A DNA stretch of 64,000 nucleotides, from the NCBI RefSeq assembly GCF_009834535.1, contig NC_045696.1, positions 75,270,001-75,334,000 of the forward strand. Reading direction: 5' to 3'. A model generated the notes under the pieces. That model saw nothing but the letters and a program-made list of their open reading frames with translations, was not told the origin of the DNA and made no database searches. Made by a program: the position numbers and the translations under genes. Source of the DNA: Camelus ferus. Lineage: Eukaryota. Shown piece after piece: positions 38,831 through 52,225 of the stretch. Each line of letters opens with the position of its first letter. Within the stretch, counting starts at the first letter, position 1.

Positions 38831-41800
38831 AAGAAATATTTGGACATAAAGATTATAGAAGCTGACCAAGCTGCTGTATGTGTCTAGTTTACAATGGTAT
38901 TTTTGATGTTGAACAGGAGAAAATATAAAAATTGTGAACTTGTTCCACTTGAAAATCATACACATCCCCAAGCCCCTGGAGGAAAACAGGTTTTAGAAGC
39001 AAAGAAAAGGCAAAAAGAAATCAGACTTGGAGAAGGAATACAGTGAAACCACATGTCACCCACTGCCCTCGGAGAGCAGTGTTAACCATTTCTAAAAGGG
39101 CTCAAAAATCTAGCATGTCGCCTAGGAGTCATAAGGTGAGGTGCCCTCCCAACCTGCTCATTGGGCATCAGGGTTAACTGTGGCATCGCCAGAGCCTGAA
39201 GAGAAGGATCTTGAAATGGAGCCCACAGGAATAGTTAAAAAATCTTGCAACTCTCTTGTGGTTAAAAGACACCAGTGAGGGAAAACCTATGGCTTTGGCC
39301 TGGTTGGAATAATGCCAGCCTCCCCCGTGCAGGATTTGCCATGTTGAAAGGAGGGACTGTTGACACTCGATAATTGTAAGGGAAAGAATAAAGCAAGTGT
39401 TGAAAATGCAAGGAAGCAGGGCTAAGCTGTGACTCACTGTGCTCTGCAAGCAGCCCTCATCCGGAGAGAACTGATTAGGCCCAGCGTAGTCAGTAACATA
39501 GTGATGCTGGTGAAAAAGTGCCAGGTGGGGCTGGAGGCTGTGACAGCTCGTCAGCTCAGGGGCCCACCCTTACCTCTGGAAGACCATAGCTCGAGTTGAA
39601 CCCCATCTCACTACCGTTTGGAGGACTGGCTGCCTCTGTGAAGGGATCAGGACCCCAAATCTGCGACTGAGTTTAGAATGAGACAGGAGGAAATTCATGT
39701 ACTACATTTGGTTAGGTCAGCAAAATACTTAAATGATGCATGGAAAAAATAGACTGAAGTATGCCGATGTGCTTCCTGGTGAGCTTTCTCAGGTGGTGTG
39801 ATGCAGGGGAAAGAACGTGGGACTTGTTCTACACCCTAATATTGTCTCAATTTGACAAGTGGCCTGAAGCAATTGCCCATTGTATTTGAATTTAGAATTT
39901 ACCTAATTTCGTGTCTCAACCCAGAAACTGAGGCCGGGAAAGATGCAATGTCTTGCCTTTGGTAGCACAGTAATTTAGTGCCTGAACTGGCTTTAATGGC
40001 AATCTTCTGACTCCAGGGTTGGGGAACAGATGAAAAAAATGTTTCTGATCTTATAGGTCAATCTAACTTCTGAGAAGACTTTTCTTCATTGAGGGGAAAT
40101 TTAGGTAGGTAGATAAATAGATAGATAGGCAGGCAGACAAAATCTCAGGTACTTGGTAAGGTTATTTTTCTTTTACCTCAACTCAGGATGATGCAATAAA
40201 ACAATATCCACCAGAGAGGAGATTATAAGGAAACGTTCATTCTCAGGCACAAAGCAATAAGATACTATTATATCCCAAGTATGTGAGTTGTAGCTGGCCA
40301 GAGGTTGTTCTCCTCTGGCATTTCCAGAGAAGAGATGGAGAGTGGCTTTCATAGAGTGGCTCAGACTAGGGATTGCTGTTGCAAGGGCAGAAAGTTAGAA
40401 ACAATAACCTGAAGGAAAAATGGATCAGGTAAGCTTTACTTACAAGAGGGATAAGACATGTCCATTTGTTGGTGATAAAGAAGCTATGATGGTGTTGAGG
40501 CAGAACAAGTAAAGTGTCTGGAAGAAGATGGAGAGTTTGGGGAATGATGCTCTCACTTTTCAGGAGTCACCAAAGATCACGTTGCCCCTTTTGTAACCAA
40601 AGATGTCAGAACCAACAAAATTTCTGACTCCTTTCTCTTCCTGGGTAAGTTCCATCACTAACCTGCTTTGTCCCCAGAGTTTCCTGAGGCTTTCTTATTC
40701 ATCTTTGTACCCCTTAGTGTAATCGAGTGTGCCAGCACACAGCAGGTACTTGATACATGCTTGCTGAATAAGTTGATAAAGCCGACTTTTTAAAAAGGGC
40801 CCTGTAAGTCTAAGGGATTACTGTGTTTATTGAGAGGATGCCTCCCTGAAGCTATCTTATCTCCCAGACAGAGAAGCCAGTTATCATGCTTAATATGGTC
40901 AGAGGGGACTTTTAACTTCAACTGCCCAATTCTATCTGGGGGAGGTAGCTGAAGCCAACCCAGCGGAGTGTGAATCCTGTAGGCTGGCCCTCAGGTAGGG
41001 TCCCTGTACTGAAGTTGTACTAGGCACCATCATTATCTGGAGGGCCCAAGACTTCTGGCAAACCATAGCCAGGGAAGGAAACCAGTGTCAGCTTGAGAGA
41101 AGCATGATTGACAAAGGACTCAAGGTCTGAGTAAGAAGGCCTGAACAGGATCTGAGGAGGTTAGAAGCAGTTGGGAAATGTATTTCCAAAGTAGGAGGCA
41201 GGTAAATTCAGGAAGCCATGGCTTGGAGGCAGGTGCCCAGTCTAAAAGCCCAGGTCAAACTAGATACAAGGATAAAAAAAACACAGTAGGAAAACACTAG
41301 TTTTCTTCCCTTCAATTTTCCATTTATATCTGGACATATCTTGATGTTGATATAAAAAATGGGGAAAACAATAGTATTTCACTCATAAGCTTTTTGTGAG
41401 GAAAATAAATAAGATAGCATGTGGATGTTTAGCATGCCCATGACATATAATAAGTGCTCCATAAATATTTGATATTATTGTTATTTTGCACATTATGTAA
41501 GCATTCAGAAATACCATAAATATTAATTGTAGAACAGAAGCCAAGATCACTGCTGAAGTATGTGAACAAAAACTGTAGAACACTCTGCTCTGTCCACTGG
41601 GAATGAGCAGTCCATAGGTAATTCAGAAGAACCACTGGGAACTGTTGAATTATAAACTTTGGGAAGAGGGACGTGTGTATTCAATTGGGAACAACTGGCA
41701 GGAAGGACAGATACCTCACAGAGAGGGGAGCACTACAGAGGATGGTTATATAGTGTGGGAGCTGGCGGGTAATTCCAGCATTTCTTCCAACCTCAATCAG

Positions 41801-42899
41801 GGCCATGGGACCACTGCCGACCTCTGACTTGTTTCCTGTGAAATCAGCTCCTGTTCACCCGTGGTCCTGGTCAGTTTTGTTTAGTTGTCATCCTACCACG
41901 AAAGGGAAGTTCACTAAGCCTAGGGCCCTTCATTATATCATGTGATTAAAACTAGAGGTGAGTAGGACAATAAACTCCATCCATTAAATATACACAGCAT
42001 CTAAGGAATGCCAAGTGCAGAGTGTTTAATATATAGTCTCTAAAAGCGTAGAAGCTGGTTCTTTATTGGGTGTGGCAATAAATCCAACCACAGGAGCATG
42101 GTGGGGTTTTCCAGGTAAACTAGATTTATAGTAGGACTCAGAAAGCAGAAGGACAGCCCCATGATGCAGGCCCTAACTTGTCCCTCATTGAAATAAGTGT
42201 TGAATCCTTGATGAAAATAAAATTGGCTCAAAGACACAGGCAGACATATATCAAAATATTGAGAAGGTGGACTTCAGAGGAATGGCTCACACAAAACTTT
42301 CATTTGGTTCCCCAGAAGGAGACTTTCACTATTTGCCTCAAACAACCATCATTTCCGAAACAAACAAACAAAACTGTACCACTGCTCTTTCATCTCTTTT
42401 CTACCCAAATGAACTGGGTATCCAGGAGTTAAATCTCTGCTGTGGCTCTTGCAGTCCCCCTAGAATAGAGCTCTAAAAGGAGACAGGCAGCTGTTTCAGA
42501 AATGCATGAGGCAATAATCAGCCAACATTGCTTACCAAAGCACAAAGCTCTTGAGAACACAAGTCGTTATTCAAATCAGCCACAAACTCTCTCTTTTTTT
42601 GTCTTCAGACTGAAAAAGTAGGCTGGAAACTTCAAAATTTTCTCTGTAATTTACATCCAGAATAAACAAAGTGGTCATATTCATTTTTATCTTCAGTGTT
42701 ATAGAAATGCCAGGACAGACATACAGAATTTCAGAATCAGGGATGAAAAGCTTCAGAAAGCAGCAGATGCATTATTTCTAGACAGAAGACTCTGGTTCAG
42801 CTGTGATTTCCATGGCCAATCTCTCTCCAATATCTCAAAAAGAGAGGGGCTCCTCCTCAAGTGCAAAAGCTTTGCCACATGCTGACAAACATTAGATGT

Positions 42900-43440
42900 T
42901 ACAAAAATGGATCTTATCTAGTCACTGCTGTTTAAAAGCCTCCCCTGGAGCAACACTGCCCACCAGCAGGTTAACAAGTGCAAACTCTTTCATCTGACCC
43001 CAAAGACCCTTCTCAATATCATTGCAACCTACCTTTCCAAACTTGGTTCACTTGCTCCTGCCCACTGGTCCTCCTTGTTCATAACTAGGTCATGCTTTCT
43101 CCCGAGTCTGCATCCTTACACATGCTTTTCCTTCTGTCCCAAGTGGCCTCTGCAGTCTTCACTTGGCAAATTCCCACTGGTCCTCCAAGACCTAGTTCAG
43201 ATTCACTTCCTCTCTGAAGCCTTCCCTGGTTGTTTCAGAAAGAGAGAGCAACTCTCTTCACTGCCGCACTGCACTGTAAGCACTAGAGTCAAGTCTAGAG
43301 TCTAGGGGAGCACTTACACATGTTTGAGGGTCTGCCTCCCCAGTGAACTTCTTCAGGCAAGAACTGTAGCATATGTCCAGCACAGGACCAAATACTAGCA
43401 GTTCTGAAGAAATATTTGCTGAATAAATACTGAAATAAAA
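42900..43440 (+). mobile_element. L2 3' fragment
   Basis: 'cacttcctctctgaagccttccctg', 3' end 'aaatatttgctgaataaat'. Confidence 0.55.
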
Positions 43441-43494
43441 TATAGGGTAAGTTTAGAAGCAGTGAAGAAGACAGGCCATGTCTGGTACTTTCAA

Positions 43495-43496
<2 letters not shown>

Positions 43497-43542
<46 letters not shown>
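43497..43542. repeat. (TG)n microsatellite, about 22 units
   Basis: Direct read. Confidence 0.97.
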
Positions 43543-43547
<5 letters not shown>

Positions 43548-43884
43548 GAAAGAAAGAACATGCAATTTAATCATAATCAGGAATCTTTTTCTTAGAAAAT
43601 TAATACCACGTTTTTCTGATTAGTAGGTTTTTTTTTTTTTGAAGAATTCCATTTCTCGTGGCCAATAGAAAAATGTGTGGAGACCTTGATAGTTTAACAG
43701 ATAATTGTAAGATTTTTTAATGTAAGGGGGAATTTCTATTTTCCTTAAAGAAATAAACACTCTAATAAGACAATGTGGACAGATACTCTTTTCTACAAGG
43801 TTAGTGATCAGAAATTTGTGCCTTCCTAGGCCCTGTTACTTGGGTACTTCTATGTAGGTTTGCCCCACAGGGCTGAAATTTTTA

Positions 43885-44340
43885 TGACAGTGGTCATTCG
43901 CAGACCACATTGCTGGAGGAGGTCATCAAGAGGACATGACTGCTGGTTGACCCACGAGCTGGACAAGGGCAATCACAGGCTTCTCATCCCCTCCCCTGCC
44001 CTTGGAGTATGTGTTCCGCCCACTGTCTTCATAGCCGGAGCCGTTGCAAGAATGCAGCCTTGAGATGCTAATGTGTTATTGAGACCATCTGAGTGGTATA
44101 CATGACTGAACCCAGTTAAGTTCTTTACATAAACTTTTAAGATTCTGTCGGGCAGTAGGGAGACCTATTTCTCTTGAGGCCACCCAAGGAAAGTCTCGTA
44201 TGTAAGTTCCCTTGCTTATTAAAACTGCCACCTGCCAATCTGGAATGATCTCCCTCTTTATTCGGTCTCTCCTTGCCCTCTGTGTGTGGGGCAGGGTGGG
44301 GAGTGGGAGGGTGGCAGAGCAGGAGTCTAGTCCCAAGTAT
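43885..44340 (+). mobile_element. Probable ERV solo LTR, boundaries uncertain
   Basis: GC-richer island with ATTAAA at ~44218, followed by U5-like 'ctgccacctgccaatctggaatgatctccctctttattcggtctct'. Confidence 0.45.
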
Positions 44341-45124
44341 GTTGCCTCCAACCGGATGTGGGCCTTTGGACAAAGCAATTCCTGTCTACATTTTGGTTTC
44401 TAGATTTTCTGGACCAGATCTCTAAAGTGACCACTAAGAACTACTTTTGCTCTAAGAGTAGGTGACTTCAGGAGTAGATACTTTTCTTCATTTTCAGCTA
44501 CAATATTATTTTTCCTATTTTGTATGCCAATTAAACATTCATGTAGACCAGCCTTATAGAGCTGATTTAATATAATAATTCTATAATTAACAGTGATTTG
44601 ACTTAAGAAATTTCCCAGGAATGAGATGCAGTTTCTATGAATATTGGCCCATATCAAGTGTGAAAGAATAAAAGTATAAATTTATAACCACAAGATGAAG
44701 AGGCTCTGACATTTACAAAATAATCATTGCATGCCAATCACTGTATATGCTTTATCTAAATGGATTCTTTTAATAATCATGCCAAAGCTATGATTTTACC
44801 TTAATTTTACAATGAGGAGACTGAACATTATCCAAGATAAATTGACTCAATTCATACTTGAATAATTTCCTCCCCTTTTTCCAACAGAATGTATGTATAT
44901 ATAGTAAAAGAAATACAAAAGACAAAAAGTATTAAAAATGTGGGTTCTTGTGTCCACTCCCTTTTGGTCTACAGCTGCTTTACCTTTCTGTTTAGTTTTA
45001 GTTTCAAAAATGGTAATTTTTATCACTTGCTATTCCCAATTCATAGATGTGTTATGAGGCCCATAGAATAAAATATAAAAATCTCTTTGAATAATACAAC
45101 ACCCCTTAAAACTTCAGATTATAT

Positions 45125-45375
45125 AAAGAGGCAGTTTGCACAGTGGTTGAGGCAGAAATCTCTGGGGTCCATCTGAATCCTGGCTCTGATATTTCTCATG
45201 CGTGTGGCCTTGGACAAGTTACTTAACCTCTCTGTGCTTTAGAGTTCCCATTGGTAAAATGGAGATAATAAAAGCAGCTTCTGCTTATGGCATTTTTAAG
45301 AAACATGCATGCATGTAAAACAATCAGTATTGCAGTACCTCACATATAGAATGCATGTGATAAATGTCAGCTGTC
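45125..45375 (+). mobile_element. MIR SINE
   Basis: 'tgaatcctggctctg...tgtggccttggacaagttacttaacctctctgtgct...gtaaaatggagataataa'. Confidence 0.85.
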
Positions 45376-46414
45376 AGTAGTATTTTCCTATTAGGTTGAA
45401 GTGACATGAGAGCAAAGTCCTTGTATGCCTTGTTCAATGTAGTATCTTCAGCACCCAGGCCAGTGGCTGAAAACTGGGAAATATTTAATAAATATTTGTT
45501 GAATCAATGTAACACCTACATGCATTCACATCTCTGCAGCCTTTTTCTACTGGACTGTACACACTACTAATTGAGTAATATGCAGAGTCTCTTGGGATAG
45601 GTTTCCAAAATAACAGGTGAATTTTTAATCAGTCCCAAGTTCCACCCATTATATACAACATCTACAGATTACTGCATTTAGGTGGTTAGGCTTCCTAATA
45701 AATATGTTAATCTTATTATTTCCTATTGGGGAAAAAATGACATGGAGCAAGCAGATACACCATTAATCTCTTGGTTTGAATAAGGTTGCTAAGGTAGGGA
45801 TATCCTAAAACTTAGCAGGCACAATAGAAGCATTACACTCATAACATTAACGTAGAAAACACAGACTACTTGAATACTCCCAAGTCACAGTGACAGCAGA
45901 CACTTTGTCTGATGGGGAGAGGGTAGAACTGAGGGAACCAACATTGGATGCATGTTGCCATAGACCGGATAATTGATTTTCATTAAGCCCCGTAACAACG
46001 CTGCATTTTACAACTTCCTGCCTCACAGATGTGGAATCAGAGGTTCAGAGAAATTAAATAATTTTCCCCAAGGAAACATAACATGATTTGAAAGGAGTTC
46101 ACTATATTTCAAAACTAGTGCTTTCTCCAGTAAACCCAAGCCTGGCACATAGAAAATCATCAGAAAGTGGCAAGTATTAAATAAAATGTTATTTTAACTC
46201 TATTTCTTCTGACTGACCAGAGATGATAGCAGTGATGTTTGGTTTATTCTTAATTTTAAGTGGAACTTCCAGCCTTTTCTGAGGACTCAGCCTTCTCTGA
46301 TTCTCTGGGTGAAACTGGGTTCCCTGGAGGAAGGGGATCTACTGTCTGAGAGATTCCTCGCAGCCACAAATGAAGCTAATCTTGAGGCTTGTTCTGTGGT
46401 CTTCCAATAACTGG

Positions 46415-46570
46415 CATAAGAAGCTCATGGAGTGTCTGATGAAATGCTTATCTCTTGCTGCACCCCCACCAAGTTTACCAAAATAGAATATTTAGGGGTT
46501 GGGCCTGGAGGTCTGCATTTAAAGACCTTCAGGGGATTCTGATGCATATTAAAGTTTTATGAACAAAATC
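46415..46570. mobile_element. MER5-type hAT relic
   Basis: 'ggggttgggcctggaggtctgcattt...ggattctgatgcatattaaagttt'. Confidence 0.6.
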
Positions 46571-46910
46571 TAGGACTTTGTCCACTGTATGCAGTGGACC
46601 ACAGGGACAGGTTTTGCATATTCTGAATCTGGAGAGGCTGCTGGAGTAGGGAACCTCCTCTGGGCTTCTCTGAGTGAGGACAAGGTCTTCCTGGGCCCAT
46701 GAAGCAGGCTTCCTTCTCTTATGAGGGATGGTGAAGTCTGGCCTCTTGGTTCTTAGAGGATAGTAGGGGATCTGTTTTGAGAGGAGAGGCAGGGCCAGGC
46801 AAGAAGGAAGGGACTGTCTGGGACTTACCAAGGACACTTGGCTATGATAGAAGTTTTAGGAGCTCAGGATTAGTTAGGTTCTCTCTCTGCAAAATGAGAG
46901 AATAAAAATA

Positions 46911-46972
46911 ACTGACTAAATGACTAATAACTAATTGACTAAATGACTAATAACTGAATAAATGACTAAATG
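46911..46972. repeat. Degenerate short tandem repeat (TGACTAAA/TGACTAATAAC units)
   Basis: actgactaaatgactaataactaattgactaaatgactaataactgaataaatgactaaatg. Confidence 0.75.
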
Positions 46973-47059
46973 TCAGGCATCATATTAAGAGTTTTGCTTC
47001 TATTATGGTACTTAATCTTTACAATTAAAAAATATATAAATATACACCATTTCACATAG

Positions 47060-47305
47060 AGGCATTATGGTGTGGTAATACAGCGTCTGTGCTCCGGAAG
47101 ACTTGGGTTTGAATTTTGACTCACTATCAGCAAGTGCCATTTCCTCACCTATCAGAGACTCAGTTTTCTGTTCTGTAAAAAGGGATTAATCATAGTATCT
47201 GCCTCATGTGTTTACTGTGAGGATGGAGTGCAATGAAAACTTAATAAGCTAATGATGTGACATATTTAGCATTGCTCTTCGTATATAGTAAGTGCTCAAT
47301 TAATG
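47060..47305 (+). mobile_element. MIR SINE
   Basis: 'ctcagttttctgttctgtaaaagggattaatcatagtatctgcctcat...tagtaagtgctcaat'. Confidence 0.75.
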
Positions 47306-47665
47306 TCCCCTTGACAGCAATCTCCATGAGGGCAGGACTCAAGCCCTTTCAGTTCGTCACTGGGTCCCCAGCTCCTTAAGCATAGTAGGCACTCAACAAA
47401 TATCAAATATGGGTTGAATAAATAAATTAGTACATAATAGATGTAACAGAGGAAGCAGCTGAAGGCCAGGGCCTCACCAGAGACATAGGAGGCTGAATTA
47501 TATCGATACTAGAAGGAGGTCTAAATAGTAAAATAAAATAAATAAGATCCTCAGAGAAGGCTGAAAACTTCCAAACTTTTCTCCCTACCCCATTTAGTAG
47601 CAGGAAGAATTTGAATGTTTTGAATAGCTTTCATATGCAAAATGGCTTTTCTTTTTTGCCTGAAT

Positions 47666-48065
47666 TGAGGTGGGAAGCCCCATGAAAAGACCAGCAGGAC
47701 CCCTCAGGCAGGGCCACTACTTTCCCACTGGTGCCATCTGGTTCCCTGGCCCAGCAGCATTATCTCGCTTTTGTGCTTCTGTAAAATGGTTTGCTTCTAG
47801 GAAAATGAAACTACCCCTAAAATCCTGTTGGTTCCCAAAAGCTCACTCCTGGTTAGTCCATTTCTAACACTTTATCTGCATATGGCACGAACTTAATCCA
47901 AACCTAAGACCCTATAAAAACTCGTATAAACCTACGGACGGGGTCCAGAGCTTGGAGCGTTAACTCCTCTGGGCCCGCCGGTGTAATAAACCTGAGTTCT
48001 CCAACTCTCCAAGTGTCGCTTGGTCTCTCGACTGGATTCAGGTTGCTGTAACACTTGCTGTAACA
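47666..48065 (+). mobile_element. ERV1-type solo LTR (400 bp)
   Basis: TG...CA termini, 4-bp flanks gaat/taat, TATAAAA at 47913, AATAAA at 47985-47990, retained CpGs, no PBS or internal sequence after it. Confidence 0.75.
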
Positions 48066-49353
48066 TAATCGCAAGCTCTTGTGTGTATAGACACACACAC
48101 TCACACCCCTAATTGAGTTAGGAACCCGGTGAAAACAACCTTGTCTTCAGGCCTTGGGCCCAGTAATAACCCTCTGTGTGAACCAGGGAGAAACACAGGG
48201 CTGCTTTCCTGTAGCTGGCATGCAAATCTAGAATTTAGGATTATTGAGGTTTGCAGTGAGGCACCTGAGAATTGTGTCCATCTGATAAGGTTCTCTCCAA
48301 AGCCCTTGACTCTGCTCTATCTCCTTCCTGAATCGGTATGTGAGTGGCTAAGGAACTGTGATGGGAAAGGAAGAAATGAGAAGTTTAGAAGTGATTGTAA
48401 GCTGGAATCCGATGCTCTGTGACAGCCTTGTTCTGTGAATGAGATGGAGCTGGGGCCCTGCTTTATTCCGATGGCCTGAGGTTGTCATCAAGTTCACATA
48501 ATTCATGCCAATGGTTTATTTGGTTTAATTGTATTATTTCAGGTCCCTGGGGGCATCTACTTGGGCTGGGAGACTGAACAGGCAAGGCATAGACAGGGGC
48601 CCTGGTGACTGGTTTGTGCTGATTTCCTGCCACGTGGGTTTGGGCGTTTCAGGGATCAGGAAAGGTAAGCATGCATTTCCAGGGCATAGGCTGGTATTTA
48701 AGCACATGGCAGAAATTGCTTTTAATCCTCGGCTCCTCTATGAACCCAACTAAGAATTTCAGACAGGGATCTTATCCACATAATCTTAGTTATCTGTAAA
48801 AATGTTGGAAATATTTTCTTCCAGAATTGTAGTGAAGATGAAATAAGATCTACATGTAGTTGCTTAAATGAGAAGCACAAATAAAACCTTGAGGAGGCTG
48901 GTAAACAAGCACCAGAACTGCTTAAACTGGTGTGTTAATGTGTTAATTAAAAAATTCTCAACTTCCAAAAAAATAGAATTTTTACTAGACAATTATGTTA
49001 TTTCATTTGAAGTTAATGAACTGAACTGAATGAACAAAATTCTATTATTTAAAAATATTCTGTAATTTTTATTACTTCAATAGTGTTCTTTCTAATGTTT
49101 AATTGAGTTAGGGAGTCTGTATAAAAAACTGAGTTTCTAAAAAAAACCCATTGTGTTAACGTGTCTTTTGCTATTTATCCAGCACTGACAGTGACAACTG
49201 CTAGTGACAAATCCCAGAAAAATGGTATAAAATCAAATATCTCTTCTGTGGTTCTGCTTCAATACTTTGTGTGTCACAGCCTATGGCTGGAAGTTTAATT
49301 CGAGACATCCTCAGAGCTGAAGCCCAGGTGACTTAACTAAGGTGCCTGGAAAG

Positions 49354-49376
49354 CAGGAAGTGTGTTGCCTAGCAAC
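49354..49376. promoter_or_regulatory. ETS site abutting an RFX X-box
   Basis: CAGGAAGT immediately followed by GTTGCCTAGCAAC (fits GTNRCC-N-RGYAAC). Motif match only. Confidence 0.4.
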
Positions 49377-49799
49377 TGGAAACATTTGAAAATAGCCAGT
49401 ACATCTTCTGTTTAGTGTTCGCAGCCTTCCTGATTTTCCAATACACATAGCAGATGTTAAGCCTCCTGTTTAAATTTTAAAGGCATGAAACAGAGTAGTG
49501 AAAAGTGGAGACAGCGCTTTCATTTGCAAACTGACAAATTGGCTTCAACTCCAAATCTTTGGGAATTTGCAGAGACTCATTTCCTTCGTGTTGATTTCCT
49601 CTTCCTCCACTCTCAGACAGAACCAGTACACTGCTATTTTTTCCTCCTTTAACCTATAAGAGGGTTAAGCTTCTTATAAATCAGAGATGTTTGCTGAGAA
49701 TATTGATAAAGAAGGTAAGGATAGAAAAAGACTTGGTGATGATCATCCATTCATTCACTTGTTCTTTCATTCATCTGTTGGTGAATTAACAAATAAATG

Positions 49800-49956
49800 C
49801 AGTATTGTTTAGTAATTAAGAGCCAGAAATCAGACATATCAGAGTTCAAATCCCTGCCTTACTCTGAATGACCTCATTTGAAATTATTTAACCTCTTACC
49901 AAGTTTCAATTTCTTCTTCATAAAAAGGAATAATAATAGGATTTGCCTTGTAGGTT

Positions 49957-49987
<31 letters not shown>

Positions 49988-50340
49988 AATGAAATAAAGT
50001 AGGTGAAGGGATGAACATAGTTCATGGTACAGAGGGAGCTCTACATAAGTTGTGAGTGATACTCCTGCTACTGTTGTTACTGTTGTTGGTAAATGCCCAC
50101 TCTGTGTCCATTCTGTGATACGGAGGTTTCTGTAACTTAATGGGAAAGAGTGGAGGCTCTGGAGTTGGACTACCTGTTCAAACAAGTTGCTTAACCTGTG
50201 AGTGCTTCGATTTTCTCGGGTGTAAAGTAAGGGTAACAGTAGCATTTTACCCCACAGGTGTTGTGAGAATTAAATGAGAAAATAGCCCAAAGCAAGGCAT
50301 GTAGGGTTAGTGCTCCATGAAAGTTATCTACTATCATTAT
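49800..50340 (+). mobile_element. Two MIR SINEs, the first carrying a (TG)n(AG)n microsatellite at 49957-49987
   Basis: 'gagttcaaatccctgcctt', 'caagttgcttaacctg', 'gttgtgagaattaaatgag'. Confidence 0.7.
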
Positions 50341-52079
50341 GATTATACATCATTACCGATGGAGTTACATGGATGAATAAATCATGGTTTCTCGTCTTGA
50401 GGAGTCTCGTGGGGGTACAGGCATTCACCAGAGCACACACCAGAGTCTGTAGAAGCTCTAGTAAGGGTGTTACCCTCCTAAGGCAGCCATTAGAACTATG
50501 TTTTTCACACGTGGCTACACATTAGAATCACCTTTAAAAATGACTGATCTTAATATGCAGCCCAGTGTTGATACTTATCATATTTGCTGCAGAATTGGCA
50601 CAAGCATCTGGGAGGACCTGTGAGGTTCTTATTCTTGCTGTCTCTTCCCTGCCATGATCATTTCAGAGCAACACCTGCAACAGTAGTAATTCCTTTGATG
50701 TTCCAGGCAGTAGCACTAGCAGTAATAGTGCTACTGATAGTAACTGTTGTCATTTATTTGGAACTTACTGTGGGCCAGGCGGGCACTTTGCCAGGTGCTT
50801 CTAATTTCTCATCTCATCTTCTCATCTCAACAACCCTAAAATTTAGGCACTTTTGTCTCCTTTACACAGATGAGGAAACCAGTGAATAAAAAATTTAGCT
50901 AGTTCACCCAGGGTCTCATGCCTAGTAAGTGGCAGGTGCCTCTTCTCCCCTCAACTGAGCTATAAGCTATCTCTTTATACCAGAGACCCTGAAACTGGAC
51001 CCTGGAAATCAGTACCACATTGCCACTCACCTCCTTCAGGCCTTTCTCCTCATATCTCCACTTGTAAATAGAAGAAATTAGCTGTGTTCGTTTTGTGGTA
51101 CTCCAGTAGCTGCTAACTGTGAGGCATTTTGATGGAGAGGAGCCTGGATTCTCCCCGAGAACACAGCAGCATGGATGTGGACTGTAGTGTGGACATGCAG
51201 AGGACTGAGGGGTTGGGAAGGTTGGGAAGGCAAGTTAACCATTAGGGCCGGGTAGAGTTTGGGGCTACAGAGAGATCTGTTCTTGTTCATCAAGGGAAGA
51301 AGTCTGGACCTGGCATAGGACCACAAGCCAGAAAAGAACAACTTCCTCCTTTCTGGAAGTTCCCGAGAGCACAGTAGTATTGGTCTGGATTGGGCATGGA
51401 AGGTTGTGAGATTAGAAAGACAAGGGAGACAAGACCAGACCTTGTGTCTAGTCAATTTTCGTCTGCATCCATTTGGAAATAGAGTAGATGTTCTAAATGC
51501 GGTTGTTTCTGTGCCCTCAAAAAGACAGGTCAGGGAGGGTTGCTGATGTCGCCTTATCATACAAGGGCAGCATGGGATCACAAAAGGAACAGCTGTTGTT
51601 TGGGGAAGTCCCACTCTGTGCCAGGCACTTTGCATAAATTATCTCACTTAATTACTAAAAAAATCCCACACACTTGGAATTATCATGATCTTACTACAGA
51701 GAAAAGTATTGAATCTCCAGTACTGTAAGTATTTTGCTGAAGACCAAGCAGCTGGTGATTTGAGAACCAGGCAAATACCTCCTGCCTGTGGCTGCGACAC
51801 CAAAGGCAGGGAGGGGCCAAGACGTGTAGGGGTTAACCCATGCGTGTCTTGCAGAGGACGCTCACACTCAACCTCCTGCAACTAATTGTGAGACCTGATG
51901 AGCCAAGGTTTCCCCTCCCCCCAGACACTTCAAGGTATCTCCTGTGGTCTGACATGGGGGTGGTGGAAACAGGGGCTTGGTAGAACGAAGGCCAAGTTAT
52001 GCCTTCCATGTTTGTACTTCTCCCCCACTGCTTCTGTATCTGTTTTTCTATGTACACTCTTTTTGAAAGTGGGGGATCA

Positions 52080-52225
52080 GGTTCTTTTCCTTTTAACATT
52101 GCTTCCAGGGTCCTTGGCATTCTATTTTTAGAGGAGATGGCTTTGACTCTGATTTTGCCTTTTGTTTTAACTATAATTATTTCAGATATGCTAAATCTAA
52201 GTAACAGTTCAAAGAGCATGGGAAT
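52080..52225 (-). pseudogene. RGS22-like remnant, end of last RGS domain
   Basis: PMLFELLLRF...IRVKAISSKNRMPRTLE vs recalled RGS22 MTIFGVLFKF...FRKNLTDENIMSVLE. Confidence 0.5.

Noticed and set aside
42609..42885. + strand exon-like frame CYRNARTDIQNFRIRDEKLQKAADALFLDRR...
   Set aside because: Acceptor-like sites are present, but there is no convincing donor, recognisable homology or partner exons.
46911..46972. CRISPR-like or other prokaryotic repeat array
   Set aside because: No unique spacers; a simple degenerate tandem repeat in mammalian DNA.
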